DNA of 64,000 nt from Gammaproteobacteria bacterium (lineage in GTDB: Bacteria; Pseudomonadota; Gammaproteobacteria; Acidiferrobacterales; Sulfurifustaceae), in contig JAOTWF010000001.1 in NCBI GenBank assembly GCA_029863005.1, positions 21,869 through 85,868 on the forward strand. The letters are read 5' to 3'. The notes below the pieces were generated by a model that ran no database searches, was not told the origin of the DNA, and was given only the letters and a program-made list of their open reading frames with translations. Position numbers and translations under genes: made by a program. Positions 38,901 through 49,507 of this stretch are shown here, piece by piece (position 1 is the stretch's first letter; every line of letters starts with the position of its first letter).

Positions 38901-41586
38901 GTTCAAGCTTCGGGAGATCGCCAAGCTCATCCGTGGGAACCGGCTTGGCCACCGGCTTCGGTGTGGGCATCTCAGGCATCCTGGACGTAGCGGCCTGCGT
39001 ACTGTCGGCATGCGCCAGACCACGGGCGATCTCGCGCAAACCATCGACGTCAAAGTTGTGTTCAGCCCCCCCGGCCAGCACATCGATCAGATGCGGAAGT
39101 GCGTCCTGCGTTTGTTGCAACAGATCAACAATGGCGGTGGAAGGAACGATCTTGCCCTCGCGGATACGGTTAAGGACGGTTTCCACGTCCCAAGCAAGTT
39201 CCGCCACTTCGCTGGCGCCCACCATCCGACCACTGCCCTTCAACGTGTGATAGCCGCGACGCAGTTCTGTCAGGGCATTCAGGTTGTCGGTGTCTTCGCG
39301 CCAGACGATAAATTTATTACGAATGTTCTCCAGCACGTCACGCGCGTCTTCGACGAAAATCTCCATGATCTCGGCATCGAATTCCGCATCCGCCGCAGGG
39401 TGAGCGTGCGGAGCGGGGGGTTTTGGCGCCGGAGCTTTTTTCTGTTCCCGGGATACCACCGGCGGTGCTGATTCTTCTTCGGTTTCCGATTCATCCACGG
39501 TTTCGGGCGGCGGGGGCGGCGTCGTGCGCAAGGTCATACGCCGACCGGCGAGCACGGACATGGCCGTGAAAGACTGTTTCAGGGTTTCAATGATTTCATC
39601 CGACACGCGTGACGGATCTTCCGCGACCAGTGCCAGGAGATGGCTCATTTCCGAGCTGATCCGGGAAATTTTTTCCTGTTCTTGTTCCTGTGCGAGATGG
39701 ATAAGCTCCTCCAGCTGATGCATGAGCGTCTCACGGGCTGGCTCGTTCTCGAAATCGTCCATCCAGGATTCCAAGCTCAGGCGGATACCATCGATCAGCA
39801 GTGCCGGATCACGCTGCCGACCGTGCCCGCTGGCCAGGGCAGCTTCCATTTCCTGGAAAGCCGAATCGATCAGCACATCCAAATTCTGCCGCTCGGCGCG
39901 CAACCCTTCGATGTACGCACCGATCGTGCCCACGGACACGGCGAGACCGTCCATGATTGCGCTGTCCGCCACCAGGAGACCACGGCAAATGTTGTCCACG
40001 TGGCCTTTTGTGACCTCCACGAGATCGGCAGCTCGCGTCTGTCCGAGAATCTGCATCGCCCCGAGTATCTGGGATAGCAGTTGGGGCACTTCATCCAGTG
40101 ATTCAAGACGTGTGGTATCGGAAGCAAAACTTTCGAGCGCTTCCTCGATGCGGCCCAGGTTGATGCTGACTTCGCTGGCGACAACTCCCAGCAATTGTAT
40201 GTAATCGGATTCGGTGAGTTCGGCATCCGATACTTCCAGTCCGTCGGAGGCCGGCAGCGTTTCAGCACCTTCCGGTGAATGGAGGCGATGCAAATGCTGG
40301 ATGGCTTCCTCGACCTGGTTCTTCCATTCGGTCGGCGAGCGGCTGATGTCCCGGGTACTGCTCTCCACCATGAGCAGGGCTTCCGCCATCGGCATCGAGA
40401 TTTTTTCGGGATTCATAAGCTTGTTGTCGATGACGGCGCGGCAGGTGAGCGACAGCTCATCCACCAGCGATTTCAAGAGAGGCACGTTCAGCATGTCGAG
40501 GGTGCCTGACATCTTGTGAAACGATTCCAGCAGCGGTTCGAGCGAGGCCGTGCCATGACTTTCTGGATCGAAATAGCTGGACATCAGGTCCTGCGCCGCC
40601 TCGATTTCCTTGCTGAGTGCCGAGGAAACAGAAGCCAGCGCCTCAGGCGTCGGCAATTCGTCCTTTCCAGGTGTCGTATCTGTCGTATTACCGGACAGAA
40701 GAAATTCGAGATCGAAGGCGCGCTTGAGCGGAACGATCCGGGGGCCCCGGGATTTTGCCTGCGCAATTTCCCACAGGAGAGCGCGGGTGAGCGACTCGGA
40801 CGAGGTGCGCAGCGTGGATTTATCGGCACCGTCGATGATTTTCTTTATGTGCTGGTCAAGACGCGCGAACAGCTTCTTGCGCTCGGCGGTGACTTCGAGC
40901 CCGTCATCCTTGATCGCTTCGAGAAACCCGCCGGTGACCCAGAATAGTTGCTCGAGGACCGTGAGCCCCGCCGTGATCTGCAACTGCTCGAAAATATCCG
41001 CGATTTTCTGAAGCGGAGTCTTGTTCGTCACATCCCGGAGCCAGTCGAGCAACGCCGGCTGGAAACCGCCTCGCATTTGTTTGGCCAGTTCACGATACTC
41101 ATCTTCCGCCAGTTTTTTCGCAGGTGATTCCGACGGCGGCGGACGTACCGACAGGTCGGGTGAGAAGAGCTCAAGTTCCGAGATAGGCGTGGTCTTGCGC
41201 ACCGAACGCATCTCGTTCATCAATCCGATATGCCGTAGAGGGACATCCGCCTGGCCCGACTGCAGGCGCGCGAGATAATCAGGAAGCGTCAGGATGCCAC
41301 GCGTGAGGGCATCGAGTGTCCGGGAGTCAGGCTCGACCTTGTCATTAATGACGTCTTCGGCCAAAGCTTCCGTTTCTTTCGCCAGCATGGCCGCACCATC
41401 AAGCTCGACCATCAGCAACGTACCGACCACCTGGTGCAGGTGCGTGATACAGAAGCGCAGGCGCGTTTTATCGGTTGGATTTTCCGCGAACGATTCGAGC
41501 GCGAGGCGCGCCTGTTTCAGCGTCTCGTCGATCTCGGTCTTGACCCAGCCCAGCGTGCTCAGGTCAACTTTGCTGTGAGTGCTCAT
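35902..41586 (-). CDS. chpA: ChpA hybrid histidine kinase (several Hpt, HATPase, CheW and receiver domains)
   Basis: 1894 aa; Hpt motifs HTLKGSG, HTLQG, HTLKGGA; EHMIRNSIDHG, DDGAG, SGRGVGMDVV; C-terminal REC (VVDDS, LVDIEMPRMDG). Confidence 0.94.
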   Translation of the reverse strand: MSTHSKVDLSTLGWVKTEIDETLKQARLALESFAENPTDKTRLRFCITHLHQVVGTLLMVELDGAAMLAKETEALAEDVINDKVEPDSRTLDALTRGILTLPDYLARLQSGQADVPLRHIGLMNEMRSVRKTTPISELELFSPDLSVRPPPSESPAKKLAEDEYRELAKQMRGGFQPALLDWLRDVTNKTPLQKIADIFEQLQITAGLTVLEQLFWVTGGFLEAIKDDGLEVTAERKKLFARLDQHIKKIIDGADKSTLRTSSESLTRALLWEIAQAKSRGPRIVPLKRAFDLEFLLSGNTTDTTPGKDELPTPEALASVSSALSKEIEAAQDLMSSYFDPESHGTASLEPLLESFHKMSGTLDMLNVPLLKSLVDELSLTCRAVIDNKLMNPEKISMPMAEALLMVESSTRDISRSPTEWKNQVEEAIQHLHRLHSPEGAETLPASDGLEVSDAELTESDYIQLLGVVASEVSINLGRIEEALESFASDTTRLESLDEVPQLLSQILGAMQILGQTRAADLVEVTKGHVDNICRGLLVADSAIMDGLAVSVGTIGAYIEGLRAERQNLDVLIDSAFQEMEAALASGHGRQRDPALLIDGIRLSLESWMDDFENEPARETLMHQLEELIHLAQEQEQEKISRISSEMSHLLALVAEDPSRVSDEIIETLKQSFTAMSVLAGRRMTLRTTPPPPPETVDESETEEESAPPVVSREQKKAPAPKPPAPHAHPAADAEFDAEIMEIFVEDARDVLENIRNKFIVWREDTDNLNALTELRRGYHTLKGSGRMVGASEVAELAWDVETVLNRIREGKIVPSTAIVDLLQQTQDALPHLIDVLAGGAEHNFDVDGLREIARGLAHADSTQAATSRMPEMPTPKPVAKPVPTDELGDLPKLERALLEIFTTEALDNLENIRRQIQNCRESGSACFVSEPFFRSVHTLQGNARSLGLQVMSQACAEIEKLLHALKSANLPLNETYLRLASRFESAVTRLVELMNSSATSSGSLRQEFADLARDLHTETQHIAKTEHEHHVAPETLAAPAMEIEEDVAPEPEIDETLSAPPPTKLSRPTATQAPPPIAAEPPEPEQLDPELLEIFQEEASDILTSLEETLTRWRNRPEDHRGHVAELKRSLHTLKGGARMAGAMAMGNLSHNTETLLKNIEDNKVQVDNHVFDLLHEAQDMLVVMLESARESRPIPDTSELNANLLALSVSEDLPDDKSIAKNAPEVPTSEPAEQFIAEPELEPEAVTHEAETASPAAPRAAKEIIEERRDLPEIVEKTWPDKMERRGQVRVNTSLLNDLVNYAGEVSISRSRMEQQIFSFRDNMGELSRNIVRFREQIRELEIQSESQILYRLEQEAGIEGRTGDFDPLEFDRFSRLQQLSRSLAESLHDLGTIQNNLGNFVGEAETVLQQQARINTELQEGLMRTRMVSFSTQAARLRHIIRQTSRELGKRVELHLENAEVELDRNVLERMIGPFEHMIRNSIDHGIESESERHRKGKPAVGRINIVSSQEGAEVIIRFSDDGAGLNIAGIREKAIERGLMSPDAVLTEEELIQFILMSGFSTSDKITHLSGRGVGMDVVHSEVKQLGGSMSVDTEPGVGTTFIIRLPLTLSIAQSLMVYVGDQLFALPLGSVVNIIEFPIEKIASISMGKNPLLTHDETVYPYMHLGQRLGITSQPRNGKKVPVLLARTGTREVAIQVDGLGGTREVVIKSLGPQLSELKGLAGATILGDGRVILILDIPGLWFREDVMHFEHRPEGKIAQEVRARPVVMVVDDSLTVRKVTSKHLQKRGMDVLVAKDGLDAVEQLRDHLPDVMLVDIEMPRMDGYELTTRVRSDENLKHIPIIIITSRAGAKHRQKAFELGVDIYMSKPYQEEDLFKNIDTLIAQGRTK

Positions 41587-41677
41587 TAGTTATAGTAAAA
41601 CTCCGCAGCGTTCTATCTTCCTTTTTAGTTGGAAGACGTGAAATCCCTGCACAAACCGCGTCACTTGGCGGTTGGTA

Positions 41678-43816
41678 TTAGGCCGGCAACTTGAAGCCCG
41701 CCACGGAGGCCTGCAGCTCGCGCGCCAGATCGGAAAGCTTGCCGATGGCTTCCGCCGTTTGCCGGCTGCCCGAGGAGGTCAACGTCGTGGTCTCCTGAAT
41801 CTTGGCCATGCTTCCGGACACGTCGGTCGCTGTCTGGGACTGCCGCTGGGCGTCACGGGCGATGTTCACGATCAGGCTAGAGAGCTGTTCGGACACCGAT
41901 TCGATTTCGCCCAGCGCTTGGCCCGCCGCATCGGCCAGGCGGGTCGCCTGCACCACACCGTTGGTCGCCTGTTCCATCGAGGCCACCGCTTCGTTGGTAT
42001 CGGCCTGAATCGTTTTCACCAGGTCGGCGATCTGTTTCGTCGCCTCGGCCGAACGTTCCGCGAGTCGTTGCACTTCATCCGCCACCACCGCAAAGCCGCG
42101 TCCTGCCTCGCCCGCCATGGCCGCCTGAATCGCGGCATTCAAGGACAGGATGTTGGTTTGTTCGGCGATGTCGTTGATCAGTTCCACAATCTCCCCGATC
42201 TGCTGAGAGGACTCGCCGAGACGCTTGATGCGTTTGGCGGTTTCCTGGATCTGCTCGCGCATTTCGTCCATGCCCTTGATCGTATCCTGCACCGCCGCGG
42301 AACCGCGTTTGGCGGTGGACACCGACCCTTGCGCCACTTCGGCGGATCGCTCGGCGCTCTTGGACATGTCTTCCATGGAACGCGCCATGGTCACCATTTT
42401 GCCGGTCGCCTCGGTAATCTGCGCCGCCTGCCGCAGGGCGGCTTCGGTCAGCTCGGTCGCCGTCTGACGGGAGTGCTCGGATGCCACGGCCACCTGCTGC
42501 GCGGCGTTCTTGATGCGCATGACCAGGTTGCGCATTTCGCGCACCGCGTAGTTGATAGAATCGGCGATCGCACCCGTGATCTGCTCGGTTACCTCGGGCT
42601 GGATCGTGAGATCACCGTCAGCGAGGTCGCCCATTTCATCGAGCAGCTTCAGAATGGCGTCCTGACTCTGGCGGTTCTGATCCGCACTCTGCTGGGCACG
42701 GTCGCGGGCGTCTCCAACCAGCTTGCGGGCCAAGAGAAACAAAAAGAGCAGGGAGGTGAAGCCGGCCACGAAGATCGAGGTGCGGATACCGGCGCGCTGC
42801 TCGGTCAGTTGGGAATAAGCCTCCACCAGCGCCGATGATTTCTTGAGCAGCGGTTCGGACTGCTCGAACACGGTCTGGCTGGCGCGCTGTGACACAAACA
42901 ATTCCGCCGCGTTTCCCAGAATGCCTTCCACGTGATTGTTGATCTCGCCGAAAATGGCCGCGGATTCATCGAGCTTCTCCCGCATGCCGGTCGGTGCCAC
43001 ATTGCGCAATTTTCCATCAGATTCCTTGAACAGCTTGGTATCCTTGCCGAACTGCGCCGCCGCGACCGCGGCTTCGTTGCCGCCCTGAGAGAACAGATTT
43101 ACGTCCTTGGCGATACGTTGTGACAACATGCCTTGGCGGCTGGCGAGATAAAGATAGTCCTGTTTCAAACCGGCCTTGGCGCCGAGCTCGACGATTTCAT
43201 CAGAAACCGTCAGCAGCATCGGGCTCATCTGGTTGATGGCCAGGACCGAGTCGTGCATGTTGAACAGGGATTTTTCCAGCGACAGAATTTGGTCCACCTG
43301 CGCGCGCAGGCCTTCGTTCGGCTTGGGCGACCAAATATTAATGATTTCCTTCAGCTGGTTCTGCTTGATCTCCGGCGGGCTTGGTACCAAGTCCAACTGG
43401 GGCTTGCCGTCGCGCAACGTCGTGACGATGGCATCGAACCTGTCGCGCGAATCCTTGAGGGTCTTGAACGCGGTGGGTTGGCCCTGCACCGCCTCGCGGG
43501 CGTCCTTGGCGACGCGCTGCGACAACATCAGCAATTGCGAGGATTGCTCGATGTACCTTGATTCACGTTCAGACCGCTGGGCGTTGATCACCAGCAACCA
43601 GATCATGGCGATCATGGCGATGACCATGCCGCCGAGGAGTAAGGGCAGACTGGACATCATGCCGAGAATGCCGCCCGAAAAAAGAGGTGACGCCTGCTTG
43701 CCGACATCGACAAACTGGTCTGTCGGCGCACTCGGGACTGAGCTGTCCGCAAGATCGATAATGTCCTCGGAGGGTTGATCCATCAATCCGTCCCGCGATG
43801 ATTTCTTTCTAGCCAT
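41678..43816 (-). CDS. pilJ: Methyl-accepting chemotaxis protein PilJ
   Basis: Two TM segments; [31 protein letters not shown] signalling motif. Confidence 0.93.
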   Translation of the reverse strand: MARKKSSRDGLMDQPSEDIIDLADSSVPSAPTDQFVDVGKQASPLFSGGILGMMSSLPLLLGGMVIAMIAMIWLLVINAQRSERESRYIEQSSQLLMLSQRVAKDAREAVQGQPTAFKTLKDSRDRFDAIVTTLRDGKPQLDLVPSPPEIKQNQLKEIINIWSPKPNEGLRAQVDQILSLEKSLFNMHDSVLAINQMSPMLLTVSDEIVELGAKAGLKQDYLYLASRQGMLSQRIAKDVNLFSQGGNEAAVAAAQFGKDTKLFKESDGKLRNVAPTGMREKLDESAAIFGEINNHVEGILGNAAELFVSQRASQTVFEQSEPLLKKSSALVEAYSQLTEQRAGIRTSIFVAGFTSLLFLFLLARKLVGDARDRAQQSADQNRQSQDAILKLLDEMGDLADGDLTIQPEVTEQITGAIADSINYAVREMRNLVMRIKNAAQQVAVASEHSRQTATELTEAALRQAAQITEATGKMVTMARSMEDMSKSAERSAEVAQGSVSTAKRGSAAVQDTIKGMDEMREQIQETAKRIKRLGESSQQIGEIVELINDIAEQTNILSLNAAIQAAMAGEAGRGFAVVADEVQRLAERSAEATKQIADLVKTIQADTNEAVASMEQATNGVVQATRLADAAGQALGEIESVSEQLSSLIVNIARDAQRQSQTATDVSGSMAKIQETTTLTSSGSRQTAEAIGKLSDLARELQASVAGFKLPA

Positions 43817-43875
43817 ATCGTCACCTCATCTCATATTGAGATTTTCATCATTAATGTCTGCGCCCAATCTTGGCC

Positions 43876-44418
43876 TCAGGCCGCGACATGCCGGAAGCTG
43901 GAACTTTCCGCCAACGACCGCATGTCAAAAACCCCCCACAGCACGTTGTCGCGTAAAAACGCCCCGTTCAGCTGAACCAGTACCGGATCGTCCAGCCCGG
44001 ACAGGTCCTGGCGCTCCAGGTCCTCATCGAAGTGCCGCAATCCAAAAACCTCGTTCACCAGCAATCCGGCATTCAGACCGGGAACGTTCATAATAAGCAG
44101 GCGCGCCTTATCATCCATGAAGACCGGCGGCTTGCTGTAATACTCCGGCAAGTCGATAATCGTGATAAGGTTTCCGCGCACGTTAGCCACGCCCTTCAAC
44201 CACTTTTTCACGCCCGGTACCGGTGTCATCGGCGGTGGCGGCAGAATCTCCAGAACGTTGTCCAGCGGCGTCACCAGCATGATCTCGCCCAGCCGGAACG
44301 CCACCCCGGACCACAGCTTGGTAACCTCGACTTCCTGCGGAAGGCCGGGGGCATTTTCCAGGCTCTCCTGCTGCATCTTGCGCAGCAGCTCGAATGGATC
44401 CTGTCTGGTCTGAACCAT
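43876..44418 (-). CDS. pilI: CheW-like PilI
   Basis: VPGVKKWLKGVANVRGNL; position between pilH and pilJ. Confidence 0.9.
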   Translation of the reverse strand: MVQTRQDPFELLRKMQQESLENAPGLPQEVEVTKLWSGVAFRLGEIMLVTPLDNVLEILPPPPMTPVPGVKKWLKGVANVRGNLITIIDLPEYYSKPPVFMDDKARLLIMNVPGLNAGLLVNEVFGLRHFDEDLERQDLSGLDDPVLVQLNGAFLRDNVLWGVFDMRSLAESSSFRHVAA

Positions 44419-44421
44419 GAT

Positions 44422-44784
44422 CTACAGTGCCTTAATTTTCTCCATCAATACTTTCTGAACGATGGGTTTGACGATGTAATCCTTCGCGCCTTGGCGCAAC
44501 CCCCAAGCCTTGTCGGTTTCCTGGCCCTTGGTGGAACAGATGATCACCGGGATGGCAGATGTTTCCGGGTCCTTGGAGATGGCCCGCGTGGCTTCGAACC
44601 CGCTCATGCCTGGCATCACGATGTCCATCAGGACCAGGTCGGGCTTTTCCTTTTTCGCCTTGGCGATACCCTCTTCACCGCTGGACGCGGTCAGAACGGT
44701 ATAACCGTTCTTCTTGAGCATTTCGCCCAAGAGATGGGTATCCGTTGCCGAATCATCCACGATCAATACATTTCTTATTGCCAT
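44422..44784 (-). CDS. pilH: Single-domain response regulator PilH, 120 aa
   Basis: LIVDDS, LMDIVMPG, TKGQETDKAWG, YIVKP; GGAG RBS before ATG 44784. Confidence 0.92.
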   Translation of the reverse strand: MAIRNVLIVDDSATDTHLLGEMLKKNGYTVLTASSGEEGIAKAKKEKPDLVLMDIVMPGMSGFEATRAISKDPETSAIPVIICSTKGQETDKAWGLRQGAKDYIVKPIVQKVLMEKIKAL

Positions 44785-44850
44785 ATCTCGCTCCATACAC
44801 CGCGATCACTGCCATAGTGGAAAATAGGTTGCGCGTTTCTTACGTTCCGA

Positions 44851-45237
44851 TCAGTGCACATACTTGTTTATGACATCGATCAATTCTTCCTGGGTGAACG
44901 GCTTGTTCACGTGCTCTTCCGACCCGGCAATGCGTCCGCGGGCGCGGTCGAACAACCCGTCCTTGCTCGACAACATGATCACTGGCGTATCCCGGAATTT
45001 CTTGTTGTTCTTGATCAGCTGACAGGTTTGGTAACCGTCCAGCCGCGGCATCATGATGTCCACAAAAATGATGTCCGGATCGTTGTCCGTGATTAACGAC
45101 ATGGCCTCAAACCCGTCGGCGGCAGTAAACACCTCGAACCCGGCTTTGCGGAGCAGGGCCTCGGCCGTGCGTCTGATCGTGTTGCTGTCATCAATAATCA
45201 TTACTTTGATACTCAAGCGCGCTACCCTCGCCGACAT
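44851..45237 (-). CDS. pilG: Single-domain response regulator PilG
   Basis: IDDSNTIRR, FVDIMMPRLDGYQ, SSKDGLFDRARGRIAGS; exact start uncertain. Confidence 0.92.
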   Translation of the reverse strand: MSARVARLSIKVMIIDDSNTIRRTAEALLRKAGFEVFTAADGFEAMSLITDNDPDIIFVDIMMPRLDGYQTCQLIKNNKKFRDTPVIMLSSKDGLFDRARGRIAGSEEHVNKPFTQEELIDVINKYVH

Positions 45238-45619
45238 CCTGCTTGCTAGACGCTGTTCACGACCCCACCGCGCGGAATCAAATCGGTGTGTGATGTATTT
45301 TGTGCGGTTATTTTGCTACAACAATGATTTCGTAGCACAAATACTCCCTCAAATCCATGCACATACCGTCCACGGGCCGCTCCCTACACAATATAGTCCA
45401 TGCTCCGGAAGAAGTTCGAATTACCCGCCCATTCCCATCCCTTCGGGACCCCCGAGGGGCAAAATTGGGGAAAATGGCCTAAACCCAGGCAGGAATCATG
45501 CCTGATCACCGGCCGGGCATACCTCCGGAAGAACCAATCGGCTACCATGGGGTCAAGGTTATTTTTCTGACAGAACGAATGAAGTTGGGCTTCCTTTATG
45601 GCATGCAAGACGGATAAAT

Positions 45620-46960
45620 ATGGGCAATGAATCGTGGGCGGTTGTGCCGCATCTGACCACGGCCCTAACCGGGCCCTTGCAGGAAATCGAGACCCATCTG
45701 CTGCAAAATCAGGCTGGGATCGAACACTGGTTCCGGTCACAGTGGTTGTTGACTCCCGCTCCTTTCTATTGCTCCGTGGACCTGCGCAACGCCGGGTTCA
45801 AGCTGGCTCCTGTTGACACCAACCTGTTCCCGGGGGGTTTCAATAACCTCAACCCGGCGTTTCAGTCGCTTGCGGTCCAGGCTGTCCAGGCCGCCCTCGA
45901 GCGCATCTGCCCCAGTGCCGGGGGGGTCCTGGTAATCCCGGAAAATCACACTCGCAATACCTATTACTTTGAGAGCCTGGCGACTCTCGTCGAAATCCTG
46001 ACCCTGGCAGGACTGCGCGTGCGCGTGGGATCCATGCTGCCAGACTTGCATGAACCCAAAACCATTGACCTGCCCTCCGGCCGGCATATCACGCTCGAAC
46101 CCCTGGTCCGCCGGGAGAACAAGATTACGGTATCCGATTTCGCGCCGTGTTTCGTGCTGCTCAACAATGATCTTTCGGGCAAACTCCCTCCGCTAATGGA
46201 AAATCTGGAACAGCCGGTCGTGCCGCATGTGTCGCTGGGGTGGTGGAAGCGGTTGAAGTCCCGCCATTTCACCCATTATCAGCAAATCGCCCGGGAATTC
46301 GCCGAACTCGTACACCTCGACCCGTGGTTGATCAATCCGGTCTTTCGCAAATGCGGCAAGATCAATTTCGAGAAACGCGAAGGCGAGGAATGTCTCGTTA
46401 ACTACGTCGAGGAGGTTTTGGCCGAGGTGCGCGTGAAATATCACGAGTACGGCATCGACCAGGATCCCTTCGCCATCGTCAAGGCCGACGCCGGCACGTA
46501 CGGCATGGCCATCATGACCGTGAAGAACGCTGAGGAAGTGCGCGCGCTTAATCGCAAGCAACGGAACAAAATGTCGCACCTTAAGGAAGGACAGTCGGTA
46601 CATGACGTCATGGTTCAGGAAGGCGTTTACACTTTTGAGACTTGGGGAGCAGCCAATGCCGTTGCTGAGCCGGTGGTCTACCTGATTGACCATTATGTGA
46701 TCGGCGGCTTCTACCGCGTACACACCGACCGCCGTCCGGATGAAAACCTGAACGCTCCCGGCATGCATTTCGAACCACTGGCCTTCGCTGAAACCTGTAT
46801 TTACCCGGATCCGCAGCAATCTCCCGATGCCAATCCCAACCGCTTTTATGCCTATGGCGTAATTGCGCGCCTCGCCCTGCTTGCCGCGGCGCGCGAGTCC
46901 CGCGACGCGACCCAGGCATCTCCGCAAACCGAGGGCAGCCTTCAACAGGCCGCTCCCTGA
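45620..46960 (+). CDS. gshA: Glutamate-cysteine ligase (GshA, proteobacterial type)
   Basis: SVDLRNAGFKLAPVDTNLFPGGFNN, KADAGTYGM, NLNAPGM; directly upstream of gshB. Confidence 0.92.
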   Translation: MGNESWAVVPHLTTALTGPLQEIETHLLQNQAGIEHWFRSQWLLTPAPFYCSVDLRNAGFKLAPVDTNLFPGGFNNLNPAFQSLAVQAVQAALERICPSAGGVLVIPENHTRNTYYFESLATLVEILTLAGLRVRVGSMLPDLHEPKTIDLPSGRHITLEPLVRRENKITVSDFAPCFVLLNNDLSGKLPPLMENLEQPVVPHVSLGWWKRLKSRHFTHYQQIAREFAELVHLDPWLINPVFRKCGKINFEKREGEECLVNYVEEVLAEVRVKYHEYGIDQDPFAIVKADAGTYGMAIMTVKNAEEVRALNRKQRNKMSHLKEGQSVHDVMVQEGVYTFETWGAANAVAEPVVYLIDHYVIGGFYRVHTDRRPDENLNAPGMHFEPLAFAETCIYPDPQQSPDANPNRFYAYGVIARLALLAAARESRDATQASPQTEGSLQQAAP

Positions 46961-46981
46961 AATCACTCACCAGCGATCCCC

Positions 46982-47953
46982 ATGACGATCCGGCTCGGCG
47001 TGGTGATGGATCCCATCGAATCCATCAAGGTTCACAAAGACAGCACACTCGCCATGTTGCTGGAAGCTCAGCGCCGCGCCTGGTCTATCCGCTACATGGA
47101 ACAAGGTGACCTGTTTCTGCGCGACGGCCAGAGCTTTGCACGCCATCGCGCGCTCAAGGTGTTCGACGACCCCAGCCGTTGGTTCGATTGGGGTGAGGAA
47201 AAGACGGGCCCACTGTCCGACCTCGATGTCATACTGATGCGTAAAGATCCTCCGTTTGACATGGAGTATGTCTATACCACCTATTTCCTGGAGCGCGCCG
47301 AAAATGCCGGCGTGCTGGTGGTCAACAAACCGCGCAGCCTGCGCGATGCCAACGAAAAGCTATTCACCTCCTGGTTTCCGCAATGCACCCCGCCCACGCT
47401 GGTGACGCGCGCGGGCAGGCGGTTGCGCGATTTTCTTGCCGAGCACGGGGACATAGTCCTGAAGCCGCTGGGAGGCATGGGGGGGGAATCCATATTCCGC
47501 CTGCGGCAACATGATTCGAATACGAACGTTGTCATCGAAACCCTGAGCGCGAATGCCTCGCGCTACGTCATGGCGCAACGCTTCATTCCGGAAATCGCGC
47601 AAGGGGACAAGCGCATCCTGCTGATTGACGGCGCACCGATCCCGTACGCGCTCGCGCGTATTCCGGTAGAAGGCGAATTCCGCGGCAATCTCGCGGTGGG
47701 CGGCAAAGGGGTGGGCATAGCGCTCTCCGAGCGCGACCGCTGGATTTGTGCCCAAGTCGGACCGCCGTTGCGGGAAAAAGGGCTGCTGTTCGTGGGGCTC
47801 GATGTCATCGGTGACTACCTGACGGAAATCAATGTCACCAGCCCGACCTGCGTCCGGGAACTTGATCGGCAGTACAACTTAAACATCAGCGCCACGCTCA
47901 TGGACGCCATCGAAGCCCGGCTCGCTCCGGACGAGGCAAGGCGCCGGAGTTAA
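46982..47953 (+). CDS. gshB: Glutathione synthetase
   Basis: VVMDPI, MRKDPPFD, KPLGGMGG, GDKRILL, RGNLAVGG, EINVTSPT. Confidence 0.96.
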   Translation: MTIRLGVVMDPIESIKVHKDSTLAMLLEAQRRAWSIRYMEQGDLFLRDGQSFARHRALKVFDDPSRWFDWGEEKTGPLSDLDVILMRKDPPFDMEYVYTTYFLERAENAGVLVVNKPRSLRDANEKLFTSWFPQCTPPTLVTRAGRRLRDFLAEHGDIVLKPLGGMGGESIFRLRQHDSNTNVVIETLSANASRYVMAQRFIPEIAQGDKRILLIDGAPIPYALARIPVEGEFRGNLAVGGKGVGIALSERDRWICAQVGPPLREKGLLFVGLDVIGDYLTEINVTSPTCVRELDRQYNLNISATLMDAIEARLAPDEARRRS

Positions 47954-47998
47954 GATATACTTTTTTCTATTAAACTCACGGTTGCTTTTGTTTTAGGT

Positions 47999-48889
47999 AT
48001 GACAGCCCAGACGATTACAGGTATATCCCAAAACGACCGATTCGGGGTGAGCATGTTCGGCTCGTTCCTGGTGCACATGGTGGTAATACTGGGCGTAACC
48101 TTTTCACTGCCCAAGCTCCGCGACCTGCCGGGACTGCCCACGCTGGAAATCACACTGGTGCAAACCGCCAGCGACAAGCGCACGCTCGATCCGGAATTTC
48201 TCGCACAGGCCAACCAGGAAGGTGGCGGTGACAGCGACGCCGCCGAGATTGCGAAAAACCCGCTACCGGTGCGCGAGATCAGTCCCGTCAACCGCGACTT
48301 CCCGACGTTCCAATCGAAACCACAGAAGCGTGTGAAGTCCGAACGCGAGTTGACCACGATGCTATCACTCGAAGATTCGCGAAAAATCAAAGACCAGGAA
48401 AGCCAGCCGGAAAAAAAGGAAATGCAATTGCAGCCACCGAGCCTGGGTCTCATGGCACGCGCAGAGATACAGGAAGAACGTGCGCGTCTCAACGCCGAGA
48501 TAAGTCGTACGTGGCAGGAATTCCAGAAACGCCCGCGGCACAAGTTCCTGAACGCCCGCACGCAGGAATACAAATATGCCGCTTACATGGATGCCTGGCG
48601 CGCCAAGGTCGAGCGTATCGGAAATCTCAATTATCCCGACGAGGCCAAGCGCCGGGGCCTCACCGGACATTTACTCCTCGACGTGGCGCTCAACGCCGAC
48701 GGCACGATCAACAACGTTTCCGTGCGCCGCTCCTCCGGTCAGAAAATCCTGGATGACGCTGCGATTCGCATCGTGGAATTGTCGGCGCCTTTCGCGCCAT
48801 TCCCACCCGAGATACGCGAGGATTTGGACATCCTGCACATTACCCGTACCTGGAAATTCAACGAATCCGGACTCTCCAGCGAAAATTGA
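47999..48889 (+). CDS. Energy transducer TonB family protein
   Basis: N-terminal TM anchor; C-terminal TonB-like domain (NYPDEA..., SSGQKILDDAA, PFAPFP); usual position between gshB and yqgE. Confidence 0.85.
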   Translation: MTAQTITGISQNDRFGVSMFGSFLVHMVVILGVTFSLPKLRDLPGLPTLEITLVQTASDKRTLDPEFLAQANQEGGGDSDAAEIAKNPLPVREISPVNRDFPTFQSKPQKRVKSERELTTMLSLEDSRKIKDQESQPEKKEMQLQPPSLGLMARAEIQEERARLNAEISRTWQEFQKRPRHKFLNARTQEYKYAAYMDAWRAKVERIGNLNYPDEAKRRGLTGHLLLDVALNADGTINNVSVRRSSGQKILDDAAIRIVELSAPFAPFPPEIREDLDILHITRTWKFNESGLSSEN

Positions 48890-48943
48890 TTGTTAGGGGT
48901 GTTTCGCTTGAGTCCGGCGCGCGTCTGCCGGATACTGTTTCAC

Positions 48944-49507
48944 ATGAAAAGACCTGATTCACTTGCCAATCATTTTCTGATTGCCATGCCGAATCTTGCG
49001 GACGTAAATTTCGCTCGCAGCGTTACGCTTATCTGCGAACATTCCGAGGAGGGGTCCATGGGCATTGTGATCAACCGCCTGACCGACCTGCATCTCGGCG
49101 ACATTTTCGATCAGCTGGGCATTGCCCCGGAAAAAGCCAGCCACGCTGATAATGCGGTTTACCTTGGTGGTCCGGTGCAGAACAACCGCGGCTTCGTGCT
49201 GCACGAACCCCTGGGTGAATGGGAATCCACCCTCCCGGTCACGGACCGGTTCGGTGTTTCCACCTCGCGCGACATCCTCGAAGCCATCGCGGAAAACCGC
49301 GGTCCGGAGAAATTCATCGTAGCACTGGGCTACGCCGGCTGGGGGGCAGGCCAACTGGAGCGCGAAATTTCCGAAAATTCCTGGTTGTCGGGGCCTGCGA
49401 ACCGGGAGATTATCTTTGAACTTCCCGTGGAGCATCGCTGGAAAGCCGCCGCCGGGCTTGTCGGTGTTGATCTCACCACGCTTTCCGGTGAGGCGGGCCA
49501 CGCTTGA
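48944..49507 (+). CDS. yqgE: YqgE/AlgH family protein, 187 aa
   Basis: HFLIAMP, GIVINR, GGPV, GYAGWGAGQLE. Confidence 0.92.
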   Translation: MKRPDSLANHFLIAMPNLADVNFARSVTLICEHSEEGSMGIVINRLTDLHLGDIFDQLGIAPEKASHADNAVYLGGPVQNNRGFVLHEPLGEWESTLPVTDRFGVSTSRDILEAIAENRGPEKFIVALGYAGWGAGQLEREISENSWLSGPANREIIFELPVEHRWKAAAGLVGVDLTTLSGEAGHA

